The notes beneath the pieces were generated by a model. That model saw nothing but the letters and a program-made list of their open reading frames with translations, searched no databases and was not told the origin of the DNA. A stretch of 35,708 bases of DNA from Candidatus Fermentithermobacillaceae bacterium UBA3907 (lineage in GTDB: Bacteria; Bacillota; Sulfobacillia; Fermentithermobacillales; Fermentithermobacillaceae), in contig DGFF01000024.1 of the NCBI GenBank assembly GCA_002391545.1, positions 1 through 35,708 on the forward strand, given 5' to 3'. A program made the position numbers and the translations under genes. Positions 35,486 to 35,708 of the stretch are shown here, piece by piece; positions within the stretch are counted from its first letter, which is position 1; the number at the start of each line of letters is the position of its first letter.

Positions 35486-35516
35486 TCTAAATGAGTGCTG
35501 TTTACTTGTTTCGTAA

Positions 35517-35546
35517 AATTTAGCACCATGTGATGGAAAAAGTCAA
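35517..35546 (-). promoter_or_regulatory. Putative sigmaA promoter of the T-box/aro operon
   Basis: Minus strand TTGACT, 18-nt spacer ending TGc, then TAAATT (extended -10), shortly upstream of T-box stem I. Confidence 0.6.
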
Positions 35547-35708
35547 TAGGATACTTCTGATTTTGTGATCGGACAGTTGCTAGATGTTACATCGGACGTG
35601 TAGCCTTCGGCCAATCTGATTCTGGCTCCGTTCTTTCGAAAAGGTCAATTTTGAAGAATTATATGGATGAAATTAACGTTTGTGCGCATTGTGTTGTGGT
35701 CACGAACG

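Noticed and set aside
237-35516. Numerous 60-180 aa antisense or overlapping ORFs in the track
   Set aside because: Shadow frames of well-supported genes or of the T-box, with no independent evidence.

Overview
Chromosomal window from a probable monoderm Firmicute (T-box, SLH protein, pilus locus with no secretin; this is inference). It has five blocks. (1) The 3' part of copA plus csoR. (2) A complete 12-gene type IVa pilus operon: pilB, pilT, pilC, major pilin, three minor pilins (one with vWA, one lectin/Ig-like), pilD, pilM, pilN, an unusual PilO-carbohydrate-binding-like-LysM fusion, and an SLH protein. (3) An accessory island of about 7 kb that looks like a defence island: a DUF2007-like gene, an SF1 (UPF1/DNA2-like) helicase with a degenerate PLD-like domain and two topoisomerase-type Zn ribbons, an RloC-like ABC-ATPase/HEPN protein, and an AbiD/AbiF-family HEPN gene with a structured 5' leader. 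It is punctuated by copies of a 29-nt REP-like hairpin. (4) A decayed IS1202/ISNCY-type element abutting a degraded aroG'-trpB-trpA remnant. (5) An intact minus-strand aroH-aroF-tyrA-aroA-aroE-aroC-aroKB-aroQ operon under a Tyr (UAC) T-box riboswitch. The best candidates for undescribed biology are the REP-punctuated defence cassettes, the Abi leader RNA, the helicase architecture, and the cell-wall-anchoring module of the pilus. All family calls come from reading motifs by eye; no database searches were run.
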